From: Octopus vulgaris
Taxonomy: Eukaryota
Assembly: GCA_951406725.2 (NCBI GenBank)
Contig: OX597824.1
Location: forward strand, 40,300,001 to 40,364,000
Direction: 5' to 3'
Length of the DNA stretch: 64,000 nucleotides
The notes beneath the pieces are model-generated. The model was not told the DNA's origin, did no database searches, and worked only from the letters and a program-made list of their open reading frames with translations. A program made the translations under genes and the position numbers. Positions 1 through 13,084 of the stretch are shown piece by piece; the first letter of the stretch is position 1, and each line of letters starts with the position of its first letter.

Positions 1-317
1 GTGCTTTTTACGTGCCACCCACACAGGCGCCAGACGGTGCTGGCAAACGGCCACGAACGGATGGTGCTTTTACGTGCCACCGGCACGGGGGCCAGGCGAG
101 GCTAGCAACGGACACGAACAGATGGTGCTTTTATGTGCCACCGGCACAGAGGCCAGTCGGGGCGGCGCTGGCAACGGCCATGAACGGATGGTGCTTTTTA
201 CGTGCCACCGGCACGGGGGCCAGGCGAGGCTGGCAACAGCCATGAACGGATGGTGATTTTATGTGCCACCGGCACGGGGGCCAGGCGAAGCTGGCAACGG
301 ACACGAACGGATGGTGC
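1..317 (-). repeat. GC-rich ~61-66 bp minisatellite (about 5 units) from the 3' UTR of the RTE-family element
   Basis: Unit GTGCTTTTTACGTGCCACCGGCAC...GGCTGGCAACGGCCACGAACGGATG repeated; same unit family at 20575-21040 and 28280-28510 inside RTE 3' ends. Confidence 0.85.
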
Positions 318-464
318 GAGGTACAGTTTTGCTTGAAGTGGCCACCTAAGCCTGCAGGATAAATGTCAATGAAGGAACAAGTCGAATGAAATAACTTGGT
401 GAAATTTTTGAAGTTTTATCCTATCAGTTATTATGCTTTTCTTTGTTTTCTTCTTTCCTTCTAG

Positions 465-566
<102 letters not shown>

Positions 567-1131
567 TAGGTCATTTCATTGCAGAGTGGAAAGAATCATT
601 TCTGGTTAACATTCTGTCATATATATGCATGCACATCCATAGTTTTATAAGTTTAAGATTTCATTCATATTGTGGAAACTTTTGTCTGCTGCAAAGTTCT
701 TAGTTGGAATGATTGCATGATTGCAAACACACTCTTCGCATCAACAATTTGGAAATATGTATATTAAAGCTGGGTATCCTAAATATTATCAACTAGCTGT
801 GATTGTTCCATTTTTATTGTGAGCTTGTGATTCCTATTTTAAACAGCACTAAAATAAAAGTTGGTTGTTCAAGATTTAGTTGCTATATTGAGGAACAGGT
901 TTAGCAATGAGATAGCGGTTGTCCCTAGCTTTGTATCGTGTGCTCTTGGACAAGAAGTATTTGTTCTCTTTCCTTCAGAGTAAAGTCAAACCAAGAGAGT
1001 TCAAGAACCAATTTGCAGTATTCCACAGGAAGTGGGTAGAATAGACTAAATTCATTTTTTTTTTTCAATTCCTTTCTCCTCTTAGTATTCTACTGGCTTC
1101 ACTAGAACAGTACTGACCAACAGATTATTAA

Positions 1132-1576
1132 CCTTTTTGATACCAACCTGCCTGAGACCGCCCCAGGTTCTACAACATAAATTTATTGTTTTAACCCTTA
1201 TGCATTTAAACTGGCCATATCCAGCCCAAAATATTCTACCTGTCTTATGTTAAAACTGGCCACATCTAACCTTTCACACCTACCTAACAATGTCATTCAA
1301 AATATAAACAATCACATCATTGAAATCTTGAAGCTACAAAATAATGCATGATTAATTCAAAATAATGTGAATAAATATGCTTTACATTTGACAGAATAAT
1401 ATGAATGCTAAAGAGCTAAAGTAGTGTAAATTATAATCTTCCATCATAATTTCATGCTAAATTGTTCCAGACCCCAGCTTAATAATGAGAAAGTTATTTT
1501 ACTAAATTCTTCATTATTTAAAAATTTAATCGAAACAAAGACAGCATATGTGGACAGAAATATGGTAACAAACAGG
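1132..1576. mobile_element. piggyBac-type TTAA MITE with a second TTAA MITE nested inside (1195-~1415)
   Basis: TTAA|CCTTTTTGATACC ... GGTAACAAACAGG|TTAA; inner element TTAA|CCCTTATGCATT ... AATGCTAAAGAG|CTAA splits the host sequence, which is uninterrupted at this point in the copy at 19497. Confidence 0.75.
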
Positions 1577-2544
1577 TTAATATAACACAATAGATAGTAA
1601 AAAAAGCGTAAATAGACATTGTACTGTTACTGTAGTTGCTTGTGGGAACATCATCGTTTAAAGTCCATCTTCCATGCTGAACTTGAATTAAACAGTTCAG
1701 CTGGATCTGACAAGAAAGAGGACTGCATTGTTGTCCTCTGTATGCTCTCTACAGTTGGCTGCTTTTTCTAATGCCAACCTGTCAACAGAGTATACTGGGT
1801 ACTTTTTTTTTTTTTTTTGGTGCATATAATGTAAAAGATGTTGCAAGTGCTAGAACATAAGATGTCTCCATTCACATTTTTTTTCTTTTTTAATAAAATA
1901 CCATCTTCAAAATATTTAAACATTAACATATATTAAAATCCATACAGTACACTAGATAGTGTTTTGTTAGTTTACAGTATTATGTTCAAAATACTCCCAT
2001 CAATATTGATTGAAGAGGGATGGAAAATACTAGACTAATGTGCTCAAAGTACACCATACAAAAATAAAGACTCACATTATATAACCATGACCATCATTCA
2101 GAATCATGGATAACTTAGTAGCTTGTACCATACTGTCACTAATTGTTTAAAGTATCAATTAGAGCTGTGAGCAGACATAGACATCCTTTCAGCACTCGTA
2201 TCTTCGACTCAGCAGAACATTGAGAATGTGATAGCTGGAAGGACTGAGGGCTGGTGTAACTAGCCCTTGGCTGGTACTCATTTTAGTTGAGTAGACAGGA
2301 GTAATATGAAATGAAGTGCCACATGCTGTCCACTCTAAGAATCAAACCTATGACCTTAATATCATAAACTCAGCACCCTAACCATTGTGCCACACACCTT
2401 CCGATGCTACATGCATAGTCAGAAATTTGTAAAAATGAGATGTGTTCAATAAAATCCCGTACTGTTGTCATCATTTTCATTGTTGCCACTTCTGTTTTGT
2501 TTATTGTTATTTATTTCCCCCATCTTAATGTGTTTGTAAAATGA

Positions 2545-2910
<366 letters not shown>

Positions 2911-3266
2911 TAGAGAGTGTATGGAAGTACATTGTCTAGTTTGTATGTATGTGCGTGTTTGTTTCCATTTGTGTTTTCTTTTTTATAAGTTACGACATTG
3001 AAGCAGTGTGGTTGTTAGCACTTCTGTTAATGAATTATTCACTCACTTCATTGCCTTCAAAACTGTGTGAGATAAGTGATCCCTTACCTGAAAAACAGGT
3101 ATGGGTTAGCATCAGCGTAGGCAACAGAAATCATTCTGTCTTATGTTATTCTTATTCTTTCAATAAAGTCCTATTTTTACTCTGGAATATAATGTCTCTT
3201 ATTTAATATTTTGTGTGTTTTCAATTTTCTTCCTTTCACTCATCAATGTCTTGTTTTTGCCTGCAG

Positions 3267-3476
3267 GTTATTATGGCTACAAATCGTATAGAGACCCTAG
3301 ATCCTGCATTAATTCGCCCTGGTCGTATAGACAGAAAAATTGAATTCCCACTACCTGATGAGAAAACCAAGAGACGTATCTTCACTATTCACACAAGCCG
3401 TATGACCCTGGCTGGTGATGTCAATATTGACGACTATGTGATGGCGAAAGACGATCTTTCAGGAGCAGATATCAAA
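3267..3476 (+). CDS. PSMC1: PSMC1/Rpt2 internal coding exon (second region of homology, Arg fingers)
   Basis: CTGCAG acceptor; [70 protein letters not shown] (70 codons); donor GTATGT. Confidence 0.97.
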
Positions 3477-3533
3477 GTATGTACCTTTTTAAAATGTTTT
3501 AGGTTTCACCCTTAGAAAATAAATGCAACTTAA

Positions 3534-4618
3534 CCCTTTCGTTACTATATTTCTGACCAAATTACACCTCTTATGTGTTTCAATTAATTTCTAACGTAAT
3601 CATAAATTTAGTCTGGTTTCATTAAACAACTATAACTTTTTTATTTATCGATATATTAATCTGATTTTTGGAAAATAATTTAATGAAATATTCTCAACCA
3701 ATTCTATACTATAATTTTTGTCACAAAGTGACTCTAATTGCAGGTAGATACAGGTAAATTCCACAAAATATAAAATTATTAAAATTTTGTTCAAACATCG
3801 CTATAGAAAATGGGTTATTAGCTAATATTCAATTGGGTATACAACAAAATTTTACTATAGAATTAGTTATTCTAGGTAACTTTCTGATACCCATAATAAT
3901 ATTTATGGCAAAATAGTCTTAATTTCATTTAAGGTTGTGGGAAACCACAAACTATCCTTTCTTTCGCTTTGTTTACGTTTAGCGTAACGGTTCGTTTCTG
4001 CCGTAATGATTTCAAATAGACTCATTCGAAAAAGTAAATAGAAATAGTCTAAGGCTTTACCCTTCTGGGAAAGTCTGTGGCTTGGTCCAGTTTCTTCAGA
4101 AAAATCACCGAAAGAAACAGTTTTTAAATTTTCACTCCATTCAGGTGCCAATTCGTTTTCTTTATCGCTATCGGAGATCTCAGATTCACTGTTTTCACTT
4201 TCGGAAAATGAAACATCAGATTCATTATCAAATACCACATGCTTTTTTTTTCAGTCATAGAGTTAGATTTATGAAGGTCTTCAGTAGAAAATCCTTCGAA
4301 TTCTGACTCGCTGCTTGATATAATGAAATTCGTATCCATTTTTTGTCAGAATTACAAATTTTGAAAACACAATAGGAACAAATTTCGGAAAAAAATCTCC
4401 CAAAATTCACGGAATTAAAATTACACTTCGATTATTGTACAAAACTGTAGTTGAACTGTTTACGAAGTATAATACGTGTTTTCACGAATGTACTGAAGAG
4501 ATTTGCTCTGATATTCTCATTTAAATATGAATAGGTAAATTCGGGCGGCTTTGGGCGGTTTGGTCTCATAAACCAAATTTTTTTTCGGGCGGCTTTGGGC
4601 GGTTTGGTAACGAAAGGG
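3534..4618 (-). mobile_element. Internally deleted piggyBac element with N-terminal transposase remnant
   Basis: TTAA on both sides (3530-3533, 4619-4622); TIR CCCTTTCGTTAC/GTAACGAAAGGG; duplicated subterminal motif TTCGGGCGGCTTTGGGCGGTTTGGT; minus-strand ORFs 4339-4124 and 4238-3903 give an acidic N-terminus then LDYFYLLF..IITAETNRYA..WFPTTLNEIK typical of piggyBac (PGBD4-like) transposases. Confidence 0.9.
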
Positions 4619-5147
4619 TTAAACAGGATTGTCATAGATTGTACATTCTAAATTCCAAGGGGCTTAGGGACCAACAGTTAGCTCTGATTTCATAGATTGA
4701 AGCAAATGAGATCTTCCCTTGGATTTGACAGCCTTGTTTTGCGGGTAGCATTCCCAGATAATAAGTGAGATACTAGTGAGATTGCCATGCCTTTCAATAT
4801 TATATATATATATATATATTTAGTTGGGAGGGAAAACAATGCCCATGATCCTTTACAGGGCTCCAAAACTTAAGAAGAAGAGTGGGAGTTATCCTCAAAC
4901 TGGAAACCTGGTCCAAATGCTTGCAACAGAGTGGGTTCTGCTAAAGGCATCGAAGATGCCAAGTAGTGGTATTAAACCAAGCAATGAATCAAGTCTACCA
5001 CCCATAAAAGCCATGGTGGGATATGAACTCAGAATACAAAGAATGGAGCATTGTGGCTAATGCAATTAACTAACCCAGTTACCTCAAAATTGTTTGCTTT
5101 GTGCCAAAATTAGAAATTATTATTATCATTACTACTACTACTATTAC

Positions 5148-5590
5148 TAAGGTAATGAACTGGCAGAATCGTTAACATGCTGGGCAAAATGCTAAGTAAC
5201 TTTTTGCCCATCTTTACATTCTGAGTTCAAATTCCGTGAAAGTTGACTTTGCCTTTCATCCTTTCGGGGTTGATAAACAAGTACCAGTTGAATGCTGGGG
5301 GTCAATGTAATTGACCTACCCCTTCCACAAAAAACTGCTAGCCTTGTACCAAAATTCGAAACCATTATCATTATTAAAGCAGCAAGCTTGTAAAATCATT
5401 AGTGCATTAGAGAAAGTGCTTTGTGGCATTTCTGCTAATTCTTCACATTCTGAGTTCAGATTTTGCCAAAGTCAACTTTGCCTTTCATCCATTCAAGGTT
5501 GATAAAAATAAGTACCAGTCAAACACTGAGGTTGATGTAATCAATTAACACCTTCCCCTAAAATTGTTAGCCTTGTGCCAAAATTAGAAC
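5148..5590 (+). mobile_element. Two tandem copies of tRNA-derived SINE family B
   Basis: Head GAACTGGCAGAATCGTTA, B-box-like GAGTTCAAATTCC, core TTGACTTTGCCTTTCATCCTTTCGGGG..AAGTACCAG, ATT-rich tails. Confidence 0.75.
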
Positions 5591-6422
5591 TTATCATTAT
5601 TATTATTATTATTTCGCAAAACTACAACTGCATACTTAAATGTTGAGCAGCAATATAAGAAGTAGCTGTTGTTACAGTGTCTCGGCATATTTCTCCAGCA
5701 GGGATTAGTTTAGTCATAGTAATTATTGCTGATTACAACCTGACTGCTGGGTTGCTTCTTAAGCCCAGCTCTCCATAGCAATAATTGCTGATGTCCATTC
5801 ACAAACCTAGTAAATTGGTAGTGTTGTATTAAATACTTGGCCACATCCTGTCCTGCTCGACCTTGTCAAGGACCATTACAGTTGTATTATAGATCTAATT
5901 AAAGCAAAGATATCTTTTTGTTAGATGCTACTTTTAGTACAGACACAAGATCATTATTTTATTGTTGCAGGTTTAAGAACTGGAATGTAGAAGTGGCTAT
6001 TTTTCGATAGATAAGAATAAGCTGCTTCCAGACATGTATGCATACATACACACATACAAGCTGTCATGTATGCATAAATATGCATATGCACATTGTGACT
6101 AGCTTAGATAAACATGCACTTTTTTTTTTTTTGCGGTGTGGAATAATTATAATTAGATGGCTCTATTATTTAGGGTTACTATTCCTCCCCGATTCTCATG
6201 GTGTATATGTTTCCAGTCATACTGTATGAAGTGAAATACATAAACATTAGAATAATAGAAAATGCTTTTTTAATGACTTCTAGTCATGACATACTTGAAA
6301 GATGAGCTGTTCCCCATCAGTATAAGTATGTGCATATATATATATATTTATGGATAATAAAACGAATGGTTTACACTTGGTAGCTTTCTAGTAAAGCACA
6401 GCCACTTTCAGTGATCATTAGG

Positions 6423-6875
6423 TATATAGCAAATGAAAGACAGATGAAATATACGAGAATTTATATTATTCACAACAATTGTTTCGACACATCTAGCATC
6501 GATTCCTCTTGGGTGGGACACTCAACAACTGGTTCAGGAGCATTCGGTGGTACAGATGTATCTCGCCAGGTGATAAATAAATAATTGCGTGTTCGCTTCT
6601 CTTTTTGCTATCTGTGATTTAATTTTTGATCTTCTATATAAATGAAGATATTTCGTCCATCTGACTGCTTTCTCTTTACAAAATGGAAAGTTAGATTTCA
6701 GAACAGTCATTTTAACAAGTTGTATTTATTTATCACCTGATGAGATACATCTGCTCCTGAATCAGTTGTTGAGTATCCCACCCAAGAGGAATCGATGTTA
6801 GATGTGTTGAAACAATTGTCATGATTAATATAAATTCTCATATATTCCATCTTCTGTCTTTCATTTGCTATATAT
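6423..6875. repeat. Fold-back element: ~155-bp inverted arms (6423-6583 / 6723-6875) around a ~140-bp spacer; probable Penelope-like inverted pseudo-LTR pair
   Basis: Arms are reverse complements over most of their length (e.g. GATTCCTCTTGGGTGGGA / TCCCACCCAAGAGGAATC); embedded in TA-rich sequence. Confidence 0.85.
6730..6828 (+). ncRNA. Putative type I minimal hammerhead ribozyme (Penelope-type), partly decayed
   Basis: CTGATGA (6737-6743), stem II GATACATCT/AGATGTGTT, GAAA (6809-6812), palindromic stem III ACAATTGT, GTC cleavage triplet (6818-6820), short stem I ATCAC/ATGAT with one mismatch. Confidence 0.6.
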
Positions 6876-6876
6876 A

Positions 6877-7086
6877 TGAGGGGTGCTGAAAAGTTCCTGA
6901 CTTTGGGTAAAAGAAAATACAAGAGGATCAGTTAATTATGATTTTATAAAACATATTCCCCTCTCAGATTCACACGCTTATAGCAGTGGTCCTTCAGTTT
7001 TCTAAGCTTTGTAAAACAACTTGGAAGGTTGGGCCTCCAACCAGGCCTTTTGCAATACTCTTAAAGCCAGTAACTTTTCAACACAC
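6877..7086. mobile_element. mariner-derived MITE (~210 bp)
   Basis: TA|TGAGGGGTGCTGAAAAGTTCCTGACTT ... AAGCCAGTAACTTTTCAACA inverted ends; the interior minus strand reads like a decayed mariner transposase C-terminus (WLEAQPSK...). Confidence 0.7.
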
Positions 7087-7767
7087 ACACACACACACAC
7101 ACATACACATGCACATACTGTATATATGGGATGTGTGGTTAAAGGACCATATGGCTTTCTGTTCAGTTCCACTATGTGGCACCTTGGTCAATCAAAGCAT
7201 TACGAGTGGATTCAGTAGAGGGAAACTGAAAAAGGCCTGTGGTATATATGTTGTTTGGTGTAATAAGAGTTTAGAAACTTCAAGGGAACGTCAAATAATT
7301 CTTTCAGAATGGCGAAGAGCATATAAAGCTATAAATAGTAACATGTAAATATTAGATTAAATAACCCTTTGGGTAAAAAAAAAAAAATCGAAGGTTGCTC
7401 ATGGGGCATGACTCCACATCTGTGAATATGAGAGGTTTTTGTTTGTGTCTCCTTGTCTAGACATCTTGTGTTAGTCATTCATTTCCAGTTATTTTATGTG
7501 TGTGTGTCTGGCCATGAGGAAATATTACTTTGCTCTGAGACAGATATCTGTCCTTGGAAAATTTGCATCAGCCTATACCATCATGAAAAAGTGGATGGTT
7601 ATGTGAGTGTGTGTGTGACAGACAGTTACATTGTGTGCATACATACATATGTACATATATAGGAAATACACAGTTATTTATATATCTATATACAAAGTTA
7701 TTTCAATATAATTCTTTTTTTCTGTCATTTCTGTTAGTCATTGTTGATTTTGTTGTCTTTCCTGCAG

Positions 7768-7902
7768 GCTATTTGTACAGAGGCTGGTTTATTAGCATTG
7801 AGAGAAAGAAGAATGAAAGTCACCAATGAAGACTTCAAGAAAGCTAAGGAAAATGTGTTGTATAGGAAGAATGAAGGAACACCAGAAGGACTTTATCTCT
7901 AA
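7768..7902 (+). CDS. PSMC1: PSMC1/Rpt2 terminal coding exon
   Basis: CTGCAG acceptor; [44 protein letters not shown]; the GTPEGLYL end with HbYX motif identifies Rpt2 among Rpt paralogues. Confidence 0.97.
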   Translation, partial: AICTEAGLLALRERRMKVTNEDFKKAKENVLYRKNEGTPEGLYL

Positions 7903-7950
7903 CAATATACGCTTCTCTTTTTTTTTTCCACCCTTGTAATTCTTCCTTTT

Positions 7951-8103
7951 AATAAATTCTAATGTATTGGTAGAATTTTCTTTGTGTGATAGCATTTGTT
8001 TTATTTTTTGCATTGTTCCAAATTTCCATGAATTTGTTAAGATAAAAGATTTCATTGAAGAACTGAATCATAATTACATACAACCAAATCCAACTTAAAT
8101 AAA
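7951..8103 (+). promoter_or_regulatory. Candidate polyadenylation signals of PSMC1 (AATAAA at 7951-7956 and 8098-8103)
   Basis: Two AATAAA hexamers about 50 and 200 nt after the stop; the first is followed by T/GT-rich sequence. Confidence 0.5.
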
Positions 8104-8547
8104 AGCAATATATTCACATTATATGTATACTACTGTTGTTATCTGGAAATGAAGCTGTGGCATTTATTCAAGTTCTTTACATTCTGAGTTCAAATCCTGC
8201 CATGGTTGACTTCAGCCTTTCATCCTTTTCAAGTCAGTAAAATAAAGTACCAGTCAAGTACTGAAGGTCAGTAGTATTGACTAACCCCTCTTCCCTCAAA
8301 AATTACTGGCCTTGTGCCAAAATTAGAAACCATTATTAGACACATAAAAATGCATTAGCTGTGGGATCAGTTTACTGGACTTTCAATTTCCCCGTGTCTA
8401 AATAGAAACGTTATGACAGATCATAGAATATAGTAATAAAAAAGCACTAAGTCTGCCAAGCCTCAGTCTGCTTAACTGGCAATTGGTTACCCCCATCGTT
8501 TGTTCATACATCATTACTTCAATAAATCATGTTATTTTAACTTAATC

Positions 8548-9460
8548 TTAAAATTTCCAAATCTACAGACCTAAAAATATTGTATGCATCTCTGTATGTA
8601 CTTGTATATGTATCCATCCACCATTTACATTACATTATGTATGTATGTATGTTGCTGCACTGCCACCACCAACACCACAGAATGTTTTCCCTACATCATT
8701 ACTTAAACCAAATGCAAAATATGGCAGGAGGCCTTGAACCCTGAGTCTATCTAATCATGTTCATATGGCCCCAGTCTTGACTGTCTCATTTTTTACTCAG
8801 ATCACATTGTCCAAAATGTCTTTTTACATGAGGGTTTGAGTAGATTAGTGAATGAATCATTGTTAGATTTAATGATGTGAATTCAGTTGATTGATCAACT
8901 GAATTTTCTGCTTGTTGAATTAACATGTAAGTGACAGAGTATTCCACAGACATGTGTACTCTTAATGTAATTTTCAGGCAGAATCATTGTGACATAATGT
9001 ATGACCAGGCTGTGCCTTTTGAATTACGGGTACAATCCACCCTCTGGGCTTCTATTCAGTTTCCGCCTATCTAATTTAACTCACAAGGTACAGGTCACCC
9101 CAAGACTGTAGAAAATCTCATTTACCCAAGATGACATGGATTGGGATTGAACCCAGGAATTTTCTGGTGACACATAAAAGGCATCTGTGCCAGTGACATG
9201 TGAAAAGGCACCCATGCTGGTAACATGTAAAAGACACCCAAGACACTATAAAGTGGAAGGCATTAGGAAGGCTACCCAACCATAGGAACCAAACCAAAAC
9301 ATACGAATGGTGCAGCTTGCTAGCTGTAGTCAAACCATGGCATGGAAAACGGCAGTGCAGTAGTATACACATATGTAATGTAAATGGTGGACGGATACAT
9401 ATATAAGTACATACATAGATGCATACAATATCTTCAGGTCTACAGATTTGGAAATTTTAA
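8548..9460. repeat. Inverted repeat, ~90-bp arms (8548-8636 / 9370-9460) with ~730-bp spacer
   Basis: TTAAAATTTCCAAATCTACAGACC..GTATCCATCCACCATTTACATTACAT versus its reverse complement at 9370-9460. Confidence 0.8.
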
Positions 9461-10149
9461 CAATAAGTAAAAATTTTCAAATTTGCTTTATTGGTGTAAT
9501 TTTTCATGCGGAATATAAATTTGGGATTTATTTATTCCCAGAAAAATTTAGGAAAATGTTACAGAGGTTCAAAGTCTTATAATTTTTAGTCTAATCAGAA
9601 GCAGCACATTTCTCATATGATAGCTGTCATAAAATGACAGGCAGAAATAACACAGGTATAAAATGATATTGTTCATCAAACTTTGTGGTGAAAGTGTCAG
9701 CTCAAGGAAAGTGCATCCTTGTTACAATGAAAAGAGAACAGACTACAGCTTAGCTTGTTACTATAGAAACATACTGTGAGATTATAGTCATGTATAATGA
9801 TGGCTTCCAAATGGCTAAAATTATCCAAAATTTGCAAACTTTAAAAGCTATTAAGTTTTTATTGTAAAATTAATTACCTTTTCTTAACTAACATACAAAA
9901 TGAAATCAGTATAACCAAATTTGAAAGCAATTAAAACAAAATTGCTGGCCATTTTCCATGGCGATACTCTTGGGGCACAACTAAGCACACCATTTGTTCT
10001 GGGGTATGTGACCCATTCCCTATTCTACTGCTATCTTCTGCTGTTTTACCCTCACTCTTTTTTCTTTTCTTTCCTTTCCTTATTTCTTTTTTCCTGTTGT
10101 ATTTAAATGCTATAGATGAAGCATTTTTCTATTTAAAAAAAAAAGTTAA

Positions 10150-10537
10150 AGCGCAGGAGTGGCTGTGTAGTAAGAAGCTTGCTTCCCAACCACGTGGTTC
10201 TGGGTTCAGTCCTACAGCATGGCACATTGGGCAAGTATCTTCTACTATGGCTTTGGGCCAACAAAAGCCTTGTGAGTGGATTTGGTTGACAAACTGGAAG
10301 AAGCCTGTCGTATATATATATGTATGTATGTTTTTGTGTGTCTGTGTTTGTCCCTCCACCATCACCTGACAACCGATGTTGGTGTGATAACATTTCTGTA
10401 ACTTAGTGATTCGGAAAAAGAGGCCTATAGAATAAGTACTAAGCTTACAAAGAATAAGTCCTGGGGTCGATTTGTTCAACTAAAAGCGATGCTCCAGTGT
10501 GGCCGCAGTCAAATGACTGAAACAAGTAAAAGAATAT
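10150..10537 (+). mobile_element. tRNA-derived SINE family A, full length
   Basis: GCGCAGGAGTGGCTGTGTAGTAAG head, GGTTCAGTCC B-box, internal (TA/TG)n, tail CAGTCAAATGACTGAAACAAGTAAAAGA. Confidence 0.85.
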
Positions 10538-11686
10538 AGAAGTTCTTCAGCAGTCTGCAGAATTTTCTGAATGGCATACCTAATGAAAAACTACCTTGAA
10601 TATTTTAAGTAGCATGACCCACCTGATAGTGAACCAATGTCCCATGTGGCCTGCTTCTCAAAAAAGGCTGCCTGCCCCTGATATACAAAAAAAGAAACCA
10701 AGCTTCAGGAAGAGTTCTTTTCAGATGTGGTACATGAGCAGAGGAGACAGGTGTACCAAATAAGGATAGGTACTGATTGCAAATTCCCTGACAGTTCAGA
10801 GAAGCAAATCTCATGTCTTACAAGCACAAGAATTATAACAATATTTTTAAAGTAGAGATATAAGAATTTGAATTAACAATATTATGAAGACCTGACTTTA
10901 TATAACTCCAAGCCATATTGTTCTCAGCACTGCTTGTAGATTGCATGCTTTTAGGATAATTCCCGGAGTCAAGCCTGCCCGCTATAAATGTGATAATTGA
11001 ATAATACATATGTATGCGTGTGTATATCAATGTACATGTATGTATGTGTGTGTATGTATCCATATATATATATATATATATACATACGTATTCATACATA
11101 TGTATATACACACATGCAAATTAATATTAGTTAAAAAGCTCTTCCTTTTTACATTTAACCTTTATTGACCCCATGACCTCTACAGTTATTACTGATTTCT
11201 GTGACCTTGTAACCAAAATACTCTCTCTCTCTATCTATCTATCTATCTCCCTCTCTCTCTCTCGTTACCATTTCATTTAACTATGTTTATATCCCTGCCC
11301 TGGGAGTAATAATTGCTCAGACCTTTCAAACATCCATGGACATGGCACTGGTTTGTATTCAATATATAAATGCATGTCGCACAATTATGCCTTCTCTAAT
11401 ATTTTTATGGGAAAGTCTTGAAATGATGCTACTAATGTGGGTCACTAAACATTGAAGTCACTGTGTTGTGAATGTAAAAATTAGTTTCAGGCTGTTTGGG
11501 AGTCAGTTGATGATACATCTTACATGTCATGCCAATACCAAACATAGTTCCTTTTTTTTTTTTTTCTCTTTCTTTCAAAAATGAATTTCTCAATTAGTTC
11601 CATTTTCTAATTAAAGACAGTTTCCATGTTTCTGGTTTTTAAAAAAATGTGCTTCTGTCAAATGATTTTTTTTTTTACACAAAAAA

Positions 11687-11862
11687 AGGCGTAGGAGTAG
11701 CTGTGTGGTAAGTAGCTTGCTTACAAACCACATGGTTCCAGGTTCTGTCCCACTGCGTGGCACCTTGGGCAAGTGTCTTCTACTATAGCTTCGAGCCAAC
11801 CAAAGCCTTGTGAGTGGATTTGGTAGACAGAAACTGAAAGAAGCCCGTCATATATATGTATG

Positions 11863-11906
<44 letters not shown>

Positions 11907-12110
11907 TGTATGGCTGGGTTTGTCCCTCCAACATCACTTTACAACCGATGCTGGTGTGTTTACGTCCCCGTCACTTAGCGGTTCGGCAAAAGAGACCGAT
12001 AGAATAAGTACTAGGCTTACAAGAATAAGTCCTGGGGTCGATTTGCTCGACTAAAGGTGGTGCTCCAGCATGGCCACAGTCAAATGACTGAAACAAGTAA
12101 AAGAGTAAAA
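11687..12110 (+). mobile_element. tRNA-derived SINE family A, full length
   Basis: Same head, internal (TA)n and GTAAAAGA tail as the 10150 copy. Confidence 0.88.
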
Positions 12111-12740
12111 AGGAACAGTCAACATGAACAACATACAAAAGATACAGAGAGGATTTAAGTAGTAGTAGTAGTAGTAGTTGTTGTTGACGTCATCGTCGCC
12201 GCCGCCACTGCCGTTCTTCATGTTGTTGTTGTTTCACCCTAGGTTATTATTGATCCAGGCGACATATGATGAAAGCATTCCAGATGGATATTACAAAATA
12301 TTTATGATCCAAAGTACTCCAGCTGTGATCATCTCATCTTCTAACTCTTTCTTTAGATAGTATCAATCCACCGATGGGTGAAAGCCTCATTTTTGACCAA
12401 TCTCAGTTGTTTGTAGGTTTACTTGTCTATGCTAGCCAACAGCAGTTTAGACAGGAGGTTCCTCCTATGATTAGCCTTGGCCAAAGGCACCTAAGCAATA
12501 TTTGAACATGGTCGTATACTTAGTTTGTATTTTTTTAAGTGTGGATGCTAATAACAAGTGGCTCTATGGAAGAGGGACTGATGACTGGCATTGCAGAAAG
12601 GGAGATGGTAAAGTATATAGGTTTGAAACAGATGCAGTCCCTTACTCATTTGTCCCCAGGTACCATCCAGTGGGACTGAACTTGAAACCACATAGCTGTG
12701 AAGCAAACTTCTTAACCACACAACTGTGCCTGATACATGC

Positions 12741-12774
12741 GTAGATAGGATAGGTAGATAAGTAGATAGGTAGG

Positions 12775-12813
<39 letters not shown>

Positions 12814-12905
12814 GTAGATAGGTAGGTAGATAAGTAGATAGATAGGTATGTAGGTAGATAAGTAGATAGATAGAAAGGTAGGTAAATAAGTAAATAGATA
12901 GATAT
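12741..12905. repeat. (GATA/GGTA)n tetranucleotide microsatellite
   Basis: Directly visible. Confidence 0.9.
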
Positions 12906-13084
12906 AGTTGCAGGCAGGGCTATGTAGCTAGAAGTTTGCTTCCTAACCACATGATTTCAGTTTCAGTCCCTCTGCACCTTGGGCAAATGTCTTCTACTAT
13001 AATCCCAGGCTAGTCAAAGTCTAGTGAATGGATTTGGCAGACAGAAACTGAAAGAAGCCCATTATGTGTGTGTGTGTGCACTCT

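Noticed and set aside
12-256. ORFs in the first minisatellite
   Set aside because: Translations of the same RTE-associated tandem repeat inside a PSMC1 intron.
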